From: the human T2T-CHM13v2.0 reference genome, Homo sapiens
Direction: 5' to 3' (one strand)
DNA length: 64,000 nucleotides
Assembly: GCF_009914755.1 (NCBI RefSeq)
Contig: NC_060930.1
Positions within the stretch are counted from its first letter, which is position 1. Each line of letters opens with the position of its first letter. Of this stretch, positions 57,893-64,000 are shown in pieces. Position numbers and translations under genes: made by a program. The notes under the pieces were generated by a model, which worked only from the letters and a program-made list of their open reading frames with translations, ran no database searches and was not told the origin of the DNA.

Positions 57893-60169
57893 TAGCTTTG
57901 CAATTTACTGGAATGTGGAAAGAAAAGAACATGATTTATTTATATTTAAAATGGAAATAATAATGGTACTTACTCTTAATTATTTCAGGATGAAGTAAGA
58001 TTTCAGGATTAAAGTCTTAGAGTACCTAACACATAGTAAAAATTTAGTATGTGTTAACTTATTAACGGTAATTGGTATCTAATTTTCTTTTTTATTTGTT
58101 TCTATTCTATACTATGAATCTTGATATACCTGTTACTTTATATATGGCAATAATATGAGAAACAGGAGGAATAATACTGGATAAACATCTAATATTTAAT
58201 GTTATGCTTTGCTATCATATGCGTTATAGGATATAAATCTCACAGACAGGGTTTGCTGTTGGAGCAATGCTCATGCTATGAATGTATGCAAGAAACACAT
58301 AAAGCCTGCCTAGGAACCTCTATTCTCCCCTCACTTTTTTTGCTTCTTTCTTTTCCTTTTTCCTTCCTTTCTTTCTTTCATCACAGGTGATCATATAAAT
58401 AGTTTGGTACCTTAAGTACTTTAAAATCCATTGGATTTTGGAGCAATTTTTCAAAATTTTTCAAATTTTTCAAAATTTTGGAGCAAGATTTCAAAAAAAA
58501 AATCTATGATTCAATACATTGCCATTCATCATTACCTTCCCTTTACAACCCTTCATGCTATTTTAGTGCAGATGAGAACTCTCCTATTGTAGCTAATTTG
58601 AATTCATTTTTCAAATGAGAATTCATGAGCTACTATGCTAAAAGTAAGGTCTGTTACATCTTCTGCACTTCCATTGTCTGCTAATGTTGTAATATGATTT
58701 TTAAGTAATTGACTTTCTTTTGACACGCTTTCTTATTTAGAAACTCAGGCTTATTTGTAAATCTGTTATCTCTATAGATGTTTATATATTTTATATAGAT
58801 GTTTTCTCTGTGGTTTGTTCCCTAATTATTTTAGAGAGTCTTGGAATTACTTATTTTTATGTAAGACATATAAAATAGCTCCATATGACCAAGGAAATGT
58901 GATACAAAAATGCTAGGAAAACTTGGTAGTAATACTACTTTTGTGGTTAAAGGCAAGGAAGGGAAAATCAAGCCAATTCCTATAAGAAGAAAAAAGTATA
59001 CTTGAATATACTAAATAGATGCTCCTTGTCATTTAATATTTTTAAAGGAAAGAAAAATTACCTCTTCTTTTTTCTTTTGCTTCTTTTATCCAAAGAAAGA
59101 CGTAATTTTATAAATAACTTGCAGGATTAAATTTACCTGAAAGGCAATTGGGAGTTTCCCCTCTGACCTGTGGAATAGTCCGTTCTTTCTGTATTCTTCC
59201 TAGAACATAAAAGGGGTAATTGCAGTGGTTGTAAGCTCCCCCTAGAAACTTTTTCTAGCAGCCCAGTGCCTTGGAAATTGTCCATGAACTTACACACACA
59301 CACCACATGTGAATTTAATATGAGAAATGGAGGATTCGTTTGAAAAAACTATAAAACATGTGCTCTCTTGAGAGATTTATGCCCCTTGTGTCCCTCCTTG
59401 GCCACTGTGCATGAGTGCCATGGCTGAGAAGTAAAAGTCAGAGCTGAATGAAGCCCACATTACTTTATAGACTTGACGACCTGTGGTTTTACTCATGAAT
59501 AAGCAACAACTCATGCTTGTACAAAATGCCTGTTTGTCTGTGTCTCTCTCAGTTAAAAAGAGGTATTTTAAGTCAAATAGAAAATATATTGTTTAACTTA
59601 CCATAGGCTTCAGTGCAGAAATACAAGTCATATATTACTTCATAACATGGTTGCATAGAGAAGGGAAACCATATAAACAATTCAACATAATTCTAATAAT
59701 GTCTTGGTTCACCCAAGATAAAATTAACCACCTATCTTAAAGAATACACTACGTTAAAAATTTATTTCTTATGTACTAAAGCGAGGATGTATTTATTACT
59801 TAGAATTTTTTCTCTGTTTTTCCCCAAAATGTGGTTTCTATAAAAAAAATCTTAATAGAGAATTTGGTATCCTTTCAAATAGACTTTTTAATGCAGTATG
59901 AAATTATATTATAATCTAGTTGATGACAAAATTACATTGGGTTATATTAACTATTAATATATATATTCCCCAAATCTGTAAACTCTTAATTTCTTTAATG
60001 AAGATCAAGTAGTCATCATTTTTTCTATGCTTGTACAAGTTTTCCCAAAAATGATTAATCATATTAATTGTTGTTTTGGAATTCCACAGATTAATTTAAA
60101 AGTAGTATATGTGGGAGGACATTTCTTGAAGAAGTGTAGTAGAAAAAGAGAATTTCTATAAGAATTATT

Positions 60170-60530
60170 TTTAAAGGTTGAACTCACAGAAGTAGAGAGT
60201 AGAATAGTGGTTGCCAGAGGCTGAGGGAGGGAGATGGAAAGGGAAGGAGGAGATGTTGATCAAAGAGTACACAATTTTAATTAGGCAAGAGGAATAAGCT
60301 TTAGTGGTCTGTTGTGCAGAATGGTGACTATAATAAAAATGCATTGTATGTTTCAAACTTGCTAAAGGATGAGATTTTAAATGTTTTCACCACAAAAAAA
60401 ATGGTCAGTATGTGAGGTGGCAGCTTTGTTAATTAGCTTGATGTAATCATTCCACAGCGTAAAAATATATCAAAACTTCACATTTTCTCCCATAAATATA
60501 TATAATTATTACTTGTCAATTAAACATTTT
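60170..60530 (+). mobile_element. L1MA 3' end
   Basis: gaactcacagaagtagagagtagaatagtggttgccagaggctg. Confidence 0.85.
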
Positions 60531-60841
60531 TAAGATGATTGTGTTTAATCACCAAAGATAGTGTCTTTTATTCTTAGTAACAACCTCCATTTTGGATTAG
60601 AATATTTGAATTTTATAGTGAAAATAATCTACAAAATCAGTTATGCATTTATCAGATAGTTTATAACAAAAATGGATGCATCACAGTCATAGCTTTCTTA
60701 GCACAGTTTTCTGAAATGACTTAATCCCAAAGTAATTTACAGGCAGACTAAATGGATTTATTATGTATAAACATCCTCATCTCACATTATCTAAGAAAAA
60801 AATTGATGTTTGGTAAAAAAAAAATTAATTCACAATAATAA

Positions 60842-61218
<377 letters not shown>

Positions 61219-61538
61219 AAAAATCTGTTTTTTAATATTGCCATATTCTCACAACAAACAGCTTCTTTTCATAAATTTTAAAGTTCAAGGTAAACAGGGC
61301 ACCTTTAAAAAATCTTGTGAAAGGTGACTGCCAGTGCAGGCATGGCAAATAGGGGGAGATGATCAGATGATTAAAAAAGAATGGAGAACAGATTATGAAT
61401 GTTGTTGAATACAGAAAAAATTTAATATTCTCTTTAATTCTGTTCTGTAGTTAAAGGAAAGAAAGAACAGTGAGGAATAAAATAGAGAGGATACAAAAAG
61501 CAGGAGCAAAAACAGATGAAAGCCTTAAGTTCTAATGA

Positions 61539-61655
61539 TTTTTTAATTTTTTTCAAATTGTTTTAGAGATGGGGTCTCACTGTGTCACCCAGGTTGCAGC
61601 GCAGTGGCGTGATCAAAGCTCACTGCAGCCTTAACCTCCTAGGCTCAAGCAATCT
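61539..61655 (-). mobile_element. AluJ right-arm fragment
   Basis: gctcactgcagccttaacctcctaggctcaagc. Confidence 0.8.
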
Positions 61656-62349
61656 TGAGGCTTACTTATTAAAGATAAACCACTCAGATCACTCTTAGTC
61701 GTGACATGCAGAGAAGTGATTTTTTTGTTGTTGAAATATAAGTCAGTTGGTTAACTACTATAATACTTCAGTAAGGATTTCAGTCCTTAAATGTGAAAAC
61801 ACTTTCTTGAAATTGAGTAAATGTAACCATTAATTTTAAACTGTGATGAGCCATATACCCCACATAGCACAGCAGGGTCTCAATATGACCTGCCATGGGG
61901 GCAAGAGGGACAAAAAGTGAGAAATGTTCTGAGCAGTAACTTCTCGCATAGTCACTTCTAGCTCCTGGGCTAGAGATTCCTACCTTACACCTTGATCAAG
62001 ATTTATGAGGAAGTTAAAAATGCAGAAAATGTCAAGCCCATCTCTGAAGTATGATTCCCAGTTTGTATAAGATTGTCATCTTATAATATCTAAACATTAT
62101 TCTTCATATTAAAAATGTTTTCACATGAAAATTCAATGATGGCATTTATGTACTCAGTGCCCATCCCTCTCAAAGAATATCCCTGTTGTTTTCTGAGGGG
62201 CAGCTACTTTGATTTCACAATTTTTCTGGATTTTTTTTTTCACTTTTGTAGACATATAGCAGTGATTTACAATGATTGCCTCTAAAATAATTTAGAATCA
62301 ATAGCTAGCAACTGGTACTCCTTCAGTAATGCCTCAGATTTCTGGATTG

Positions 62350-63360
62350 GTGTGTTAGTTAGCTGTTGCCACAATAATACTGCATAATATATTACCTAAA
62401 CCTGAGGGGTATTCAGGAAGTATTTATTTCTTCCTCTCAGTTTGGGTGGGGTCAGCTGGGGTTTGGCTGATCTAGGCTGCCTTCAGCTGGGCTTGGCCTC
62501 AGTTGCAGGTTGGGTCTAGGTCTACTGCACCTTGATTTCATTATTCTTGAACCAAGAGCTCTGTAAGGCAGAGTCTTCCCATGGCCTTAAGTTGCAGGTT
62601 GGGTCTATGTCCACTGCACCTTTATTTCATTCTTCTTGGGCCAGGAGCTATATGAGGCAGGGTCTTCTCATGGCAAAAGGCAGAGTAAATGCACCAAAGC
62701 CCAACCTGGCAATAACATTTTAATCCTCTGCTAGTGTACTTCTGCTAACATACTACTTGTCAGCAAAAGTCACATGGCCAAGCCTAATAACAGTGAGGAA
62801 GGAAAATATCCTTTGATTCCAGTGGTAGGTTATGCAAAGTCATATAACATATGGTATAGCTATGGGAAAGAGTATTAGAAACAATAATGCAATATACCAT
62901 GTTCCACCTTCTAGATCACAATTATTCGCATGCCACCCACACACAAAATAGCTTACTTCTGTCTCATTTTGTATATAAATATAATTTTAGGAAATTCCCA
63001 TACTTTTAATCATAAGTATGAAATCAAGTTCAAATTCCAGGATCTTATTATTTATACCTGTTCCAGATGCAGTTCTTCTTGATCTGGAGGCCTGTTAATT
63101 TAAAAAAAAAGTTATCTAATGCCCCCCAACACACACTCCCAACATGTAATAGTGGAGTACTTTGGTCTGTGTGCCTCTCATTGTCCACTTTTTGAACAGA
63201 ATATTCATTGTGATTATCCTGTGAACAATCCATTCAAAAAGGGGGACAATGAGAGGCACACAGCAGTCATTGATTGGTCCATAGCAATTCTGAAAATTGC
63301 CAGGTCTTCCTATTCTGGAAGAAGGTAATGTTCTTTGATTAGGTGTTACTTCTGTTCCCT
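62350..63360 (-). mobile_element. MLT1H/I-like LTR (62350-62900) plus adjoining internal sequence
   Basis: tgtgttagttagctgttgcc start; aagtcacatggccaagcc; MaLR-int-like continuation. Confidence 0.7.
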
Positions 63361-63629
63361 GGAAATTAGCTAGAGAGAAAAAGAGATTGTATCAACACTT
63401 GCCTTGGTGAATGTATTCAGAAGCCATCAGGGTCTTCAAGACAAGCAAAGAAAAAAATTTCCTTTTATTTTTGACATTTTCTGTACTTCATTAATATGAC
63501 ATCTCCTGGTACATAACTACCCAGGTCTTGAGATTTCTAAAGTTCTCAGTGATATGATCTTTTCTTTCTTTATCTTACTAATAAATACTTATTTAGGTTT
63601 TTGCCTAGGTAGCATATTTTAATGACCCA

Positions 63630-64000
63630 AGCATCAAAAAGTATGCAAATGTATAAAGTGAACATGTATTTCCCAATATATTTTTATTTTTCTTATCTTT
63701 TTTTACACACAGAATAGTAGTATACTATAAGTACTGCGCAATGTTCTTTTTTTCACTTAATATATATCATAGATTTTTCCATATCAGTGCATTAAGAGTG
63801 CCCTCATTTTTTAGAGCTATGTATTATTCCATTTAATGGACATACCATTATTTATTACAGGACAAATGAGGTGTTTCCAGTGTTTTTCCATTACAGATAA
63901 TTGTTGCAATGACTAATCTTGTACGTGTGTCTTTTCACACATGGGTTAATATATTTGTAAGAAAAAAATTATAAAAGTGGAAATGTAAAGTCAAAGGGTT
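63630..64000 (-). mobile_element. L1ME-like fragment
   Basis: ttttttcacttaatatatatcatagatttttccatatcag...gtattattccatt. Confidence 0.7.

Overview
AT-rich, CpG-depleted primate (human-like) genomic DNA. It reads as intronic sequence of a large gene transcribed on the + strand. Only one convincing host coding exon is visible (11800-11919, 120 nt, phase 0/0), and I could not name the gene. Much of the window is interspersed repeat: about 20 Alu/FLAM copies (mostly antisense), a young 5'-truncated L1PA, older L1M pieces, L2, MIR, MER5A, and MLT1 MaLR elements including a two-LTR provirus with intact TSDs. The main unexplained structure is a chain of about ten minus-strand exon-like segments with canonical splice sites at ~15.1-26.2 kb, downstream of an RFX X-box plus CRE half-site. 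They appear to form two nested antisense units. Unit A (26.2-22.9 kb) ends in an intact spliced 87-codon ORF and AATAAA. Unit B (21.9-15.1 kb) splices in phase into a signal peptide, a Cys-rich segment, a basic region and a hydrophobic tail, broken by an ACG in place of the start codon and by TGA stops; it is a candidate lost secreted or membrane protein gene. Other notable signals are a textbook recursive splice site, a frame-preserving 27-nt microexon candidate, and near-perfect inverted repeats inside ancient LTR sequence. Repeat subfamily calls and boundaries are by eye and approximate.
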